Made by a program: the position numbers and the translations under genes
The notes under the pieces: generated by a model
Told to the model about the DNA's origin: nothing
The model's input: the letters and a program-made list of their open reading frames with translations, nothing else
The model's database searches: none
Shown here: piece by piece, positions 44,031-55,506 of the stretch
Layout: each line of letters begins with the position of its first letter
Numbering within the stretch: position 1 is the stretch's first letter
Source of the DNA: an uncultured Methanosarcinaceae archaeon
Lineage (GTDB): Archaea; Halobacteriota; Methanosarcinia; Methanosarcinales; Methanosarcinaceae
NCBI GenBank assembly: GCA_963727895.1
Contig: CAVSHT010000005.1
Span: 288,001 to 352,000 of the forward strand
Reading direction: 5' to 3'
DNA length: 64,000 bases

Positions 44031-44954
44031 TTACCAGAATTTCCACCAGGGTTTTTTTGCTCCAGGTGCAACAATCTGTTTTTGGTTAATCAAAGTCTGT
44101 ACTTGCATCATGTAATTATTGTGCATCTCTTCAAAGTATATTTCCCTTCTCTCTGCCTTTTCAAGTTCTTTTTGTAAATCTTTAATTTTCTGTTGTGCGT
44201 CCTCTATCTTTATTTCAAGTTCTCTTTGCAATTTCTGGTTATTCGTTTTTTCGTCTGTAAATATATTTTCTGTTTCTTTTATCTTAGTTTCCAGTTCCTG
44301 GTTCTGTTTCTGATTATTCTCATTTTGTTTTTCCAAGTCATGGATCTTAATTTGTAGTTCCTGAGCATTTTTTTGTCCATCCACGAATTTATTTTCGGTC
44401 TCCTTTAATCGAATTTGTAATTCATGATTATGTCTATGATCATTTTCAATTTGTGTTTCCAAGTCTTGGATCTTAATTTGTAGTTCCTGAGTATTTTTTT
44501 TCTCGTCTACAAATATATTTTCTGTTTCTTTTAGTCTAATTTGTAATTCATGATTATGTCTATGATCATTTTCAATTTGTGTTTCCAAGTCTTGGATCTT
44601 AATTTGTAGTTCCTGAGTATTTTTTTTCTCGTCTACAAATATATTTTCTGTTTCTTTTAGTCTAATTTGTAATTCATGATTATGTCTATGATCATTTTCA
44701 ATTTGTGTTTCCAAGTCTTGGATCTTAATTTGTAATTCTTGATTCTGTTTTTGTTGATTATCAAGTTCATCTTTCAATTCTTGTATCCTTATTGCTTGCT
44801 CTTTTCCATACAGATTAAGTTCTGGATCTGATACAAGTTTTTCCAAGGCACTAATAACTGCTTTATTAGCACTATCAAAACCTAAAGATTCCACTTTTTG
44901 CCATAGGTCAAAAGGTATCTTTGCTTTGATTTTATGCCCTTCCTCCGAATACAT
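44031..44954 (-). CDS. Coiled-coil repeat protein with putative N-terminal RHH-like segment and C-terminal KKPWWKFW
   Basis: 42-aa (126-bp) repeat x3 plus a degenerate fourth copy. Confidence 0.75.
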   Translation of the reverse strand: MYSEEGHKIKAKIPFDLWQKVESLGFDSANKAVISALEKLVSDPELNLYGKEQAIRIQELKDELDNQQKQNQELQIKIQDLETQIENDHRHNHELQIRLKETENIFVDEKKNTQELQIKIQDLETQIENDHRHNHELQIRLKETENIFVDEKKNTQELQIKIQDLETQIENDHRHNHELQIRLKETENKFVDGQKNAQELQIKIHDLEKQNENNQKQNQELETKIKETENIFTDEKTNNQKLQRELEIKIEDAQQKIKDLQKELEKAERREIYFEEMHNNYMMQVQTLINQKQIVAPGAKKPWWKFW

Positions 44955-45470
44955 ATAAAATAAAAGAATCTAGTTAGCAATATAATTTCTCATTTTGACG
45001 TTTATTAATGGTTGACTGTTCTTGGAGTCATACTGAATATAATTAATAAGTTTTTATGGAGTATATACAAAGCTAAATATTGTCTGAAAGCTGAACGAAA
45101 TAACTATCCAATATAACTAAAAAAATTCTAGAGCTAATTTGCACAAATATAATTATTTTTGTAGAGTTGATATATTTATCAAAATATTCAACAGATGGAA
45201 ATCTCTTTCAGAAACTCTTTCAGAAATTCATTCAAAGTCCGAATCTTCAAAAAGAAATAATTCGTCGATTGTGGTTTTCAGACACCTTGAGATCCGGTAA
45301 GCAAGAAGGCCCAGATACCAAGACTTTTATTTTGATATAACCAAACGAATATTCCAGAAAATGTGAGATAAAAAACAACTTAAGTGAATCAAAACCACAA
45401 ATGTCTTATAAGGCAAAAGATCCCTTTAAATGAAGAATATTTTTTATACAGGTTATGGGAGCAGATTAAA

Positions 45471-46050
45471 ATGACCCTTGTTATCGTTTTTATTGGAAAA
45501 AATAGTGCAGTAATGACAGGAGATATGAGAGAAATAACTTTTGAAGGAGATAATCACAAAGAGCGAAACTTGAAAAAGAGCTTTACAGTGGAGCAATAAT
45601 GACGGATGAAGAGCTCGTAAAAAAGCCAGAGAATTCGAAGTTGGCATAACTGTTACAGACTGCAAAAGCAAAATTTCTGAAAGAGATGGCGCTTTAATAG
45701 GAGAAGTGTCTTCAATTGAAGGTGGAATCACCAAAAAAAGAAGATTGTACGCCTCAGCTGGAAATTACGCAATTGTTGAGATCATGGATTCAGAAATAAC
45801 CTTAACTTCACACGCAAAAGGAAGCAACCTGATCGTATTAGGAAATGATTTTACAAAAAAGGTAGCCAATAAATGTTTTAAGGACAACTGGACGAAGAAA
45901 AGCACCTTTCAGGATGCCGTGAAAATTCTTATGCTCTGTATGGAAACTACAGCCAGGAAAACCGCGTCCGTGAGCAAACAGTTCTATCTGATTCAGACAA
46001 CTTCAAATTTAGATGTTTTAAAAATTGTAGAAAAGGACAAACAAAGCTGA
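45471..46050 (+). pseudogene. Connectase (DUF2121, Ntn fold) with frameshift near 45565
   Basis: MTLVIVFIGKNSAVMTGDMREITFEG + KLEKELYSG...GEVSSIEGG..KKRRLYASAGN...TASVSKQF. Confidence 0.85.
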
Positions 46051-46285
46051 AAAAAATCAAAAAGACAATCAGTTTTCTAAATTATTTTCTTTTGTTATTA
46101 TAACTTGGTATCTCAGGCGATTTCAATCAAAATTTAATAAATATATCATTTAAAGTAGAAGTGTTTCTAATTTAATTATTTGAAAATGGACTTAACAAAA
46201 TTTGAGAAGATGGAACAACTCTAAAAAAAGAATACGGAAGGGAAATCGCTTCTAGCATTACTCTAAGCATCAATCATGAAGAAGT

Positions 46286-46537
46286 TTAAGAGTCATCAGG
46301 ATTGTTGTCATTTAGATTTGAATGACGCCAGGGACAACCACCAGCTCCATTATCACAATCGCTACCAGCGTCAACGAGTTCATTACTCATTGCGTTGCCA
46401 GCAGGACCATTGTTCCCCTCGTTTGAAATAACTGGATGTTTTTGTGCACTTGCTGCCATAGATGTTAATGACACTACGAAACAAACTGCCAGCAAAATGG
46501 CTATTATTCTTTTGATTTTGTTTTCCATAATCCCCAC
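46286..46537 (-). CDS. Small secreted protein
   Basis: Signal peptide KIKRIIAILLAVCFVVSLTSMAASA; GGAG RBS. Confidence 0.7.
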   Translation of the reverse strand: MGIMENKIKRIIAILLAVCFVVSLTSMAASAQKHPVISNEGNNGPAGNAMSNELVDAGSDCDNGAGGCPWRHSNLNDNNPDDS

Positions 46538-46794
46538 TCCTAATTTTCACTGCTTTTCAACATGCTGCTAATGAAAAAAACTATAACAGTCAGTTGTTTT
46601 TAAGTTACTACCTTAAATTCCCCCATTTTTAGTAGTAATATCTAAATTAAAATATATAAATTATTCAGCTATAAATAACTAATACGATTAAGACTTCCGG
46701 TGGTTAAACGGAAAAAATCAATAACATTAAACCAAAAACTGTCTAAACTACGTCTTTACTGTAACGGCTATTGTGCTTGATTTTTGAATTCAAA

Positions 46795-47035
46795 TGGACA
46801 AAAAAGCACTTTTCAGAATGCTATAAAAATCCTCATGCTCTGTATGGAACCTGCATCTAGGAAAATTGTTTCTGTGAGCGAGCAATTCTTTTTGATTCAG
46901 ATAACGTCGAATGTTGATTTTTAAAAAGCTTAAAAAATAGCAGAAATAATTGAAAAAAGTATCGTGAGGACAATCAATTTTTTAAACTTTTGCTTTTGTT
47001 ATTGGATAACTTAATATTCATCTGATTTCAATTAA
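46795..47035 (+). repeat. Degenerate duplicate of connectase 3' end and downstream DNA (about 45888-46130)
   Basis: Shared ATGCTCTGTATGGAA, GATTCAGA, GACAATCA and CTTTTGTTATT segments in the same order. Confidence 0.75.
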
Positions 47036-47331
47036 AGTTGTTATTTAGTATGCTTTGTGAAACTATCTTAAAAAAGGAAATATTTAGTATTAATGAACCC
47101 ATTAATGGAAATTATTTATTTTAAATAGCATAGATATATTATTCACTAAATAGACTATGACTTAATTCGATAACTTTTTGAATCAAATATTCAAAATTAG
47201 GTTATAGTTTGTATATTTAATATCTTTTCGTATCTTTGTCTTGAATCTTTATTATCTTTTATTCCAGAAGCTTTTAGACCTAACATAATTTTTGCATTCA
47301 TTCAGATACATTTAATAATGTTTTTATATAC

Positions 47332-47800
47332 GAGCCTATCCCAAAAATTGATCTAACCTCATTATTGCTGCTAATATTACACCAAAGTATGATATTTCTT
47401 TGATTTCATACTTTGAAAATACTTTTTTACATTATCTATCCAGCTAAAAAACTTTTCAATTGTACTTTTCTTTTTGTATTCTTCCTGATCTACTTTTATC
47501 GGTCTTCTTCTTTTCTTTTTCTTCCGATTTCTTTTGTTTACTGGTATATTGGGACTCTATTCATTTTTTCCGGTTTTATTTTCTAATCTTAGCTATATCA
47601 TATATTACATCAGCTGGCCACTTTGGAAGGCCTGTTTTGTAGCCATCATACGCGATGTTTCCCCTTTTTTAGCAGGAATATATTTTATATCAGTAAAACA
47701 ATGGAAAAGATCTATTTTCTTCAAATCATAACCTTTATTTAAAAGTTCATAAAAGATTTCCTGATAAATACCATGTTCGCAAAGATAAAGATGGAACCTG
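47332..47800 (-). mobile_element. IS5-family transposase C-terminal remnant with terminal repeat
   Basis: RRPIKVDQEEYKKKSTIEKFFSWI...YEIKEISYFG; end GAGCCTATCCCAAAA. Confidence 0.6.
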
Positions 47801-47853
47801 TGAACATATGATTTTAATCACAACGCTGAATATTTAATCAGGAGTTAAAATCC

Positions 47854-48933
47854 TTGTTTCAGACTGAATCTATAATATATCTACAATCCTTTGGAAACTA
47901 CTGGCTTACGTCCCTCATGATTCTGATAACTTCAATGGGATCGTCGGCTTTTTTAGCTGCCGTAATAATTATTATCACTTTTGGGATTAACTTCCGGAAA
48001 GGTTTTCTTCTCTTCCAGCCCTTAATCTGGACAGGGCTGATTACCGAAATCATTAAGACAATAGTTGCTTTTCCAAGGCCGGATTTTGTAGATAATAGAG
48101 TCTTTAACCTTGAATCAGGAGTAAAAAACACATCTCCTTTCAGAGAAAATGGATCTGAAGGAGCGTTCCAATTCCCCAGCAAAAAAGTTCTTGATACATT
48201 CCATCTTCAGAAAACACTTACTTCTTCATCTTTTGGTTTTCCGTCAGGACACGTCGCACTTACAACTGCCCTCTGGGGAGGAAGCTCTACAATTTTCAAT
48301 AGCAAGGTAATTAAAAAAATAGCTCCGTTTGTGGTATTACTTGTTGCTTTTTCGAGACCGTATCTGGGAAGGCATTTTCTTGGAGATCTGATGGGAGGGG
48401 CTGTGGTAGGATTAATTCTCCTGACAATTTTTACCTTGGTTCTTAAAAGCTCCCTGATAGATGAGTTTTTCAAAAAAGAGAATTTTGACTTTATATTCAA
48501 AAGCCAAAATATAATTTTATATTTTTTTATGTTTGTAGTCCTTTCTGTTCTTACAGCTTTATCTTTAATTAGCGTTGATGTAGCAGGTTTTTTCCTTGGG
48601 ACGAATGCGGCATACATTCTGATTGTAAGAACTGGTCTTCCTGATGATTTTGGAAGTACTGAACGGAGAGTTCTGAGGATATTTATTGCACTTTTCCTAT
48701 TTGGGATCTCCAGCCTGATTATAGATATTGGGTTTGGGAATATTGAAACTACTGCTTATTTTGGTTTTAAATATATTGAATTCTTAAAAACTTTCATTCC
48801 TGCGTTTACAATCTGGATATCTGTAGTTATCTGCACAAAATTTAATCTGTATCAAAAAGAAGAGGAATTTATAAGCAGCCAGAGTTCAGAGTGGGATATA
48901 GGATCATTAAAAAAATCTGGTAAAATATACTAA
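47854..48933 (+). CDS. PAP2-family membrane phosphatase
   Basis: K..VAFPRP, FPSGH, SRPYLGRHFLGD. Confidence 0.88.
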   Translation: MFQTESIIYLQSFGNYWLTSLMILITSMGSSAFLAAVIIIITFGINFRKGFLLFQPLIWTGLITEIIKTIVAFPRPDFVDNRVFNLESGVKNTSPFRENGSEGAFQFPSKKVLDTFHLQKTLTSSSFGFPSGHVALTTALWGGSSTIFNSKVIKKIAPFVVLLVAFSRPYLGRHFLGDLMGGAVVGLILLTIFTLVLKSSLIDEFFKKENFDFIFKSQNIILYFFMFVVLSVLTALSLISVDVAGFFLGTNAAYILIVRTGLPDDFGSTERRVLRIFIALFLFGISSLIIDIGFGNIETTAYFGFKYIEFLKTFIPAFTIWISVVICTKFNLYQKEEEFISSQSSEWDIGSLKKSGKIY

Positions 48934-49489
48934 GTATTTAAAAAAACCAAATAGATCACTATAGTCTAATATAGTGTATATCAAAAACAGCAGAAACTAT
49001 AGAATTAAATAGAGTAACAGGTGTTTATTCAGAAACTTACTTCGTGAATTTTTCCAAGTTTTGATTGTTCTTATATATGGAGAAAACTTTATATCTTAGA
49101 ACCTAATGGAGATCAGATATATTATATGAAGACAGAAATAGTAGAAATAATCCTTAAATCCAACAATATGTAAGTAGGCTAGAGAGTCACAATAAGACTA
49201 TGGGATTCATTGACTAGAGAGATAGGACTAAACGTACAGACTTTAAGAAATACTGATACAAAAAAAAGAAAAAACTCTATATCATAACAAGATAATTTGA
49301 TCTGAAGCTATTCATAAGGAATAACTTAAATAATGCTTTTGACTATTGAGCGTATTCACAATTCACTGGAGAAATAATACCCAAAAACCGCGGCCTGTCG
49401 GTTGCAGTCAATGGAAATGACCCAAGAGTTATTTCATCTTGGAAAAGTTTTCCCTCAATATATTTTAAAATCAGATCAAAACATAGAGG

Positions 49490-50395
49490 ATGACATTCAT
49501 GGACTTTGAACAATTGAGACACGGTACAGAACTTATTAAGCGTGGATTTGCACGTATGCAGAAAGGGGGTGTGATCATGGATGTTACAACTCCAGAGCAG
49601 GCCCGCATTGCCGAAGAAGCTGGTGCAGTTGCTGTAATGGCCCTTCAAGCTGTCCCTGCCGATATCAGAAAAGCTGGTGGAGTTGCCAGAATGGCTGACC
49701 CTGAGATTGTCCAGCAGATAATTGATACTGTCACAATTCCTGTAATGGCAAAAGCCAGGATAGGGCACTTTGTTGAAGCGGAGATTTTAGAAGCTCTTGG
49801 CGTTGACATGGTTGACGAGTCAGAAGTTTTGACCCCTGCTGATCCCTACTTCCACATAGACAAAACCCAATTCACCGTTCCTTTTGTCTGCGGAGCCAGA
49901 AACCTTGGAGAAGCCCTAAGAAGAATTAACGAAGGGGCAGCCATGATCCGGACAAAAGGAGAAGCCGGAACTGGAGATGTCAGCCAGGCAGTCAAGCACA
50001 TGAAACAGATTCAGGGCGAAATCCGTGCTCTTGCAGGAAAGACTAAAGAAGAGCTTATTATGGTTGCAAGGGAAATTGAAGCTCCGATCGAACTTGTGGT
50101 AGAAACCTCTAAAATGCAGCGTCTTCCTGTGGTAAACTTTGCAGCCGGCGGGGTTGCAACTCCTGCGGACGCAGCACTTATGATGTGCCTTGGAGCAGAC
50201 GGAGTCTTTGTAGGCTCAGGAATTTTCAAAGCTGAAAACCCTGAAAAGATGGCAAAGGCTGTTGTCGAAGCTGTAAACAATTTTGATAATCCTGCAAAAC
50301 TCGCAGAAATTTCAAAAGGTGTGGGTGCAGGGATGAAAGGCATTAGTGCAGATATGATCCCTAAGGAAGAAGCACTTCAGGAACGCGGCTGGTAA
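49490..50395 (+). CDS. pdxS: Pyridoxal 5'-phosphate synthase lyase subunit
   Basis: [39 protein letters not shown]. Confidence 0.97.
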   Translation: MTFMDFEQLRHGTELIKRGFARMQKGGVIMDVTTPEQARIAEEAGAVAVMALQAVPADIRKAGGVARMADPEIVQQIIDTVTIPVMAKARIGHFVEAEILEALGVDMVDESEVLTPADPYFHIDKTQFTVPFVCGARNLGEALRRINEGAAMIRTKGEAGTGDVSQAVKHMKQIQGEIRALAGKTKEELIMVAREIEAPIELVVETSKMQRLPVVNFAAGGVATPADAALMMCLGADGVFVGSGIFKAENPEKMAKAVVEAVNNFDNPAKLAEISKGVGAGMKGISADMIPKEEALQERGW

Positions 50396-50670
50396 TACAA
50401 GACTTGAAAAAAGGCTTGAATAAAAAAATTTCTTTAAAAAGGTTTGACCTAAAAAAGCATCATCAAACGGCTTAATACAAACCTTTTTAATAAATTTAAT
50501 TGAAAAAAATCTATAAACAAATCTATCAAGCGGCAAAATACTTGATGCCCATGCTTGAGCCTTAATTTTTAAAAATGGTTTTTCTTACGGGCCTGTAAGA
50601 ATAAATAAGTTTAATTTTTTGTTTTTTGGATTAACAGGTAAAGAATTATTTTTGGAAAATGGTGTTTTTC

Positions 50671-51270
50671 ATGAAGATAGGTGTAATCGCTATTCAGGGA
50701 GCGGTTTCTGAGCATATTGGTGCTTTAAAGAGGGCACTCAAGGAAAGAGGGGTAGATGCAGAGGTAGTTGCAATAAAGCATAAAGGTATTGTCCCGGAAT
50801 GCAGTGGAATTGTGATTCCTGGTGGGGAAAGTACAACACTTTGCAGGCTGCTTGCTCGCGAGGGAATTTCAGAAGAGATTAAAGATGCAGCTGCAAGAGG
50901 AGTTCCAATCCTTGGAACCTGTGCAGGCATGATTGTAATTTCAAGAGAAGGCGACGAGCAGGTTGCGAAAACTAATCAGGAATTGCTCAGAATTATGGAT
51001 ACGAAGGTCAATAGAAATGCTTTTGGAAGGCAGAGAGATTCTTTTGAAGCCGAACTTGAAATCGATATTCTTGATTCTCCTTTTACCGGCATATTTATAA
51101 GAGCTCCTGGAATCGTAAGCTGTGGGTCCAAAGTTCGTGTACTTTCCATAATTGATGATATGATTATTGCTGCAGAGCAAGGAAATGTGCTGGCTCTTGC
51201 TTTTCATCCGGAATTAACTGATGATTTGCGGATTCATAAGTATTTTTTGAATAAAGTATTAAATTGTTAA
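50671..51270 (+). CDS. pdxT: Pyridoxal 5'-phosphate synthase glutaminase subunit
   Basis: QGAVSEH, PGGEST, GTCAG, RNAFGRQ, FIRAP, FHPEL. Confidence 0.97.
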   Translation: MKIGVIAIQGAVSEHIGALKRALKERGVDAEVVAIKHKGIVPECSGIVIPGGESTTLCRLLAREGISEEIKDAAARGVPILGTCAGMIVISREGDEQVAKTNQELLRIMDTKVNRNAFGRQRDSFEAELEIDILDSPFTGIFIRAPGIVSCGSKVRVLSIIDDMIIAAEQGNVLALAFHPELTDDLRIHKYFLNKVLNC

Positions 51271-51404
51271 ATTAGAAAATTTTTCAGGCTATTTTCAGTT
51301 TTTTGGACTTTTTTGTTCAATTTAATTTATTTTTCATATATCTTCAAAGCTATATACAAATTACAGTCATATTAGTAAAAACCGATATATAAGGTGTGAA
51401 ATAA

Positions 51405-51527
51405 ATGGTGAAATTAACTGACGAGATGAAGGAAGACTTTGCAAAGATGAAAATTTTTCCATTTGCAACCGCGTCTAAAGATGGAGAACCAAGCGTCATA
51501 CCAATAGGCAGGTTTGGCGCTCAATAA
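51405..51527 (+). pseudogene. Pyridoxamine 5'-phosphate oxidase-like FMN-binding protein, N-terminal fragment
   Basis: MVKLTDEMKEDFAKMKIFPFATASKDGEPSVIPIG, then breaks at 51509. Confidence 0.7.
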
Positions 51528-52169
51528 ACATATACTTTTTCAGAGAATTATATTTAAAACACTTTGCTGAAAGATCTTTTTTGAAGATGAAACCAACGCC
51601 TCAAATTTGCCTGCATAGCCCTGAACTCCTGAGTCAAAGGCAAATACCTATCCATCTATTAAGACCTTTCCTAGAGCCTTAGAAAATGAAGAGTATATGC
51701 TCTTCAAAAAAATAATGAGAGGAAAACAGGAAGTGTTGCTGTTTGAGGAAATCCAAAAAACCTAAACAGCAGGAAGTGCCGCAGAAGAAAACGGCTTCAT
51801 CAGGAGGGTGCAGGAGAGGTGATAGAGAACTTCTGCAATGTGTTTAATGGTAACAAAACTTTTAGTAAGTGCAATATATTACATGTGCCCCAGAATATAA
51901 AAATGTTTGCAAACATATCGGCTGACTTGCTCATAAATTGGTGCATTATTCTGGCTGGTCGGTTCCTTATCCTCTCGCGACCATAACTAATAAGAGGAGA
52001 AGGGAAAAATAAGTCAATCACTCCTACTGATATTGTTTAGATATATTTTGGCTTTCTTTATAGTCTCGCGACCAACCTGCAAACTCTTTTTATCGTCGTC
52101 ATCATCGTATCTCGCGCAAATCTGTAAACATATGACTTAAATAGGTGCTAGCTTTTTGTCAGACACCTG
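51509..52169. mobile_element. Probable degenerate IS remnant
   Basis: Imperfect inverted ends CAGGTTTGGCG / TCAGACACCTG; left end coincides with the gene truncation point. Confidence 0.4.
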
Positions 52170-52284
52170 ACTAAACAAAAGTTAACATTTTTGTTTGGTT
52201 AGTAGAGCAAAAAGACAAATTTTGTCTGTCTGTCTGGCATTCTCAGACGCATGTCTAGCTAATAATAAGGGAATAGACATTTTT

Positions 52285-53023
52285 GGCTTTGATACTTAAA
52301 CATAGTTATATACTATTAGAAAGTATATTTCTTCATTAACTGCCCCAGATGCAATAGTTCCAGTCACAAAAAAACGGTATAGTTGGCGGGCGTCAACGGT
52401 ACAAATGCTCTGATTGTGGCTATAACTATACAGTAGAGCTAAAATCAACTGCTTTTTCCGCTTTTGTAAAAAGACAGGCTTTACAACTCTATCTTGAAGG
52501 ATTGGGCTTTCGTTCAATAGGACGATTTTTAGGGGTGAGTCATGTTTCTGTCCAAAGATGGATAAAGAAATTTGGTCAGGAGTTAGAGGACCTAAAAAGT
52601 GAAAATGAGATATCTATTGTTGAAATGGATGAAATGCACACTTACATCGGTAACAAAAAAAATATTGCTGGATCTGGATTGCTGTTGATAGAGTTGGGAA
52701 AAAGTTCATCAACTGCTCTTTTGGTAGCAGAGGAACAGAAACTGGAAAACTACTCTGGGAAAAAGTGAAGAAAAAAGAGATTGGAGAAGTAATGACAGAT
52801 CACTGGAGAGCATATGCAGAGTTTCTTCCAGAAAAGAGTCATACTCAATCAAAAGCAGAAACATTTACAGTTGAGGGATATAACAGCATATTGAGGCATT
52901 TTCTAGCAAGATTGAGAAGAAAGACAAAGTGTTATACAAAAAGTCTTGAAATGCTAAAGTACTCGGTTATTCTATTGATGAAATACAGAAATAAAGAGTT
53001 AACTATGTTTAATTAACAATGCC
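52285..53023 (+). mobile_element. IS1-family element
   Basis: GGCTTTG...CAATGCC; perfect 8-bp TSD ACATTTTT. Confidence 0.94.
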
Positions 53024-53177
53024 ACATTTTTTACTTCTACTCCTGGTTTTATTGGAGCAGACACAAAAAATGAAATAAGTAGTAAAATGTTTGTAAGAAG
53101 TGTACGCATCGCGTTTGTAAAAAGCAACAGTCTAAAGATTGTCTGCGCAAAAGAAGTGTATTTTTCTGGAAAAAGAA

Positions 53178-53216
53178 GTGAACTACCACGAGGCTTAAGA
53201 CCTCGTGGTAGTTCAC
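53178..53216. repeat. Perfect 16-bp inverted repeat, IS200/IS605-end-like hairpin
   Basis: GTGAACTACCACGAGG-cttaaga-CCTCGTGGTAGTTCAC. Confidence 0.75.
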
Positions 53217-53270
53217 ATCCCAATTGAAGTTTCTCATCTTCTCCCATCTTTCAATTCTGTGGCATATACT

Positions 53271-53531
53271 TTACGTCGTAATTTCAACGTTTTTTGTTGC
53301 CTTGAGTAGATCAGTCTTAATCTGTCTGACTTCGGCTACTTTTCGTCCTTTCTCCTTCATGGCTTCGCTTGCTTCACTTGGGTCTTTGCCAAGCCTGAAC
53401 GCCCACAAAACGCATTTGCTATCCTTCGCCCAGGGTCCCGCTGCGCAATGCTCCATGTCTGAATAAGAGTTGGAGCAACAATTTAAACAGTGTTTTCGAA
53501 TTGTCTGAAGTAGCTCAAATTTAGTTGTCAT
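53271..53531 (-). CDS. Small Cys-rich protein of phage-like type
   Basis: TIRKHCLNCCSNS...C...CVLWAFRLGKDP; GGAGG RBS. Confidence 0.6.
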   Translation of the reverse strand: MTTKFELLQTIRKHCLNCCSNSYSDMEHCAAGPWAKDSKCVLWAFRLGKDPSEASEAMKEKGRKVAEVRQIKTDLLKATKNVEITT

Positions 53532-54130
53532 CTTAAATATCCTCCACAATTTTGGTTAAATGAATTGTCATATCACAGTTTGTAACGCTCAACAGATCTC
53601 CTTTCGCCCATCCCATCGTTTTAATTATTTCAAAAGGCAAAGGAAGTGCAAAATCACCTTTTTCATTCGTTTCTTTTATTCGCACTGTCACTATTTTTTA
53701 CTTACCTACAAATTTTGGTATTCTCAGCTTGTCACAATTTAACTTTATTTCTAAATGTATGGCGGTAGTTATTTTTAATTTTTTGTCATTCTAGCAGGCA
53801 AAATCAAGCTCAAGGAACCAAATGAATTTGCCTTTATACAATTTTTTACTACTATATCCTGCATTGTATCACTCAAAATATTTTAGTTATAGTAGTATAT
53901 AATTATTTATCCGTATATAAAAGTAGTTGGAGGTGGTACGAAGGCTTAAGCTAACGATTCCCTGTTAACCTAACACAAAATGTATAATGAAAATACCGTT
54001 TTTTAAGCGCAACCGCGCCCGACCACTAAAATAATAATTATAAGGAACTCGCGAAGACAGAAGAAATTAAAATAATATCAATTGTTTAAATATATAAATT
54101 TATTCTGTTATTTATATATGATGTGTATAA

Positions 54131-54360
54131 ATATGTGTTTTTCTCCAAGATCGGCGGCTTATATTTAGATTATTGAAAACCAGCTTGGGAGGAGGAATAT
54201 TAATGACCTTACTAAGACCGTTTGGAAGAAAAAAAGTTATGAGTGGACTAGAGTATAAAGTATCGAGTCCTCAAATGAGGACTCGATTAAAACTTCTCAT
54301 AAAATAGCAAAACAACTAGGGGTTAGTCATGTAACAGTAGAGCGTGCAGCTGAATTCTCA
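54131..54360 (+). pseudogene. ParB-like/HTH protein remnant of mobile-element type
   Basis: IIENQLGRRNI and KTSHKIAKQLGVSHVTVERAAEF segments with stops between them. Confidence 0.5.
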
Positions 54361-54552
54361 GGTGTTTGAGACTGATTTTTGATGAAAATAACAGGGAAAT
54401 TTGCAAAATTTCCCTTAAAATACGAATATTCTAGCTCAAAAAGTTTGTATATAAAATCACCTTAAAAATTAGATTTTTGCAACAGAACCAAAATGCCTGT
54501 AAGAATGAGAAATCAAAAAACATATTTACATTAGTCTTTTATTCAAAATAGT

Positions 54553-55293
54553 GGTATTGTTACTTAACTATATCTAGTTCTTTCTTTCTGTATTTCATCA
54601 ATAGAATAACCGAGTACTTTAGCATTTCAAGACTTTTTGTATAACACTTTGTCTTTCTTCTCAACCTTGCCAGGAAATGCCTCAATATGCTGTTATATCC
54701 TTCAACAGTATACGTTTCTGCTTTTGATTGAGTATGACTCTTTTCTGGAAGAAACTCTGCATATGCTCTCCAGTGATCGGTCATCACTTCTCCAATCTCT
54801 TTTTTCTTCAATTTTTCCCAGAGTAGTTTTCCAGTTTTCGTTCCTCTGCTGCCAAAAGAGCAGTTGATGAACTTTTTCCCAACTCTATCAACAGCAATCC
54901 AGATCCAGCAATATTTTTTTTTGTTACCTATGTAAGTGTGCATTTCATCCATTTCAACAATAGATATCTCATTTTCACTTTTTAGGTTCTCTAACTCCTG
55001 ACCAAATTTCTTGATCCATCTTTGGACAGAAACATGACTTACCCCTAAAAATCGTCCTATTGAGCGAAAACCCAATACTTCAAGATAGAGTTGTAAAGCC
55101 TGTTTTTTGACAGAGGTGGAAAAAGCAGTTGATTTTAGCTTTACTGTATAGTTATAGCCACAATCATGACATTTGTAGCGTTGACGCCCGCCAACTATAC
55201 CGTTCTTTTTGTGACTGGAACTATTGCATCTGGGGCAGTTAATGAAGAAATATACTTTCTAATAGTATATAACTATGTTTAAGTATCAAAGCC
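54553..55293 (-). mobile_element. IS1-family element (InsA-InsB fused by extra A; start codon lost)
   Basis: Termini GGTATTG / CAAAGCC; ORF 54560..55075 reads through GNKKKYCWIW; no TSD. Confidence 0.92.
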
Positions 55294-55506
55294 CTTTAAT
55301 TTTATATATCAAGAAATAGACTATGATCTGGCATCTGAGAAGGTTATTAAGGACCTTAATAACTCTTTTAAGAGAAGACCATAGGAGTCAACCGATGGAT
55401 GATACATAGAAGACGCATTGATCTGATAAGTTGCAAATTACATTCTTAATCTGCAACTCCTGATCATTTGTGTACTTCACTGCTCAAACTACTTAGTCCA
55501 AATCCC

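Noticed and set aside
5746..51207. Numerous antisense or overlapping ORFs (e.g. 5746, 7409, 22250, 39400, 49343, 50011)
   Set aside because: Shadows of well-supported genes on the opposite strand, with no motifs
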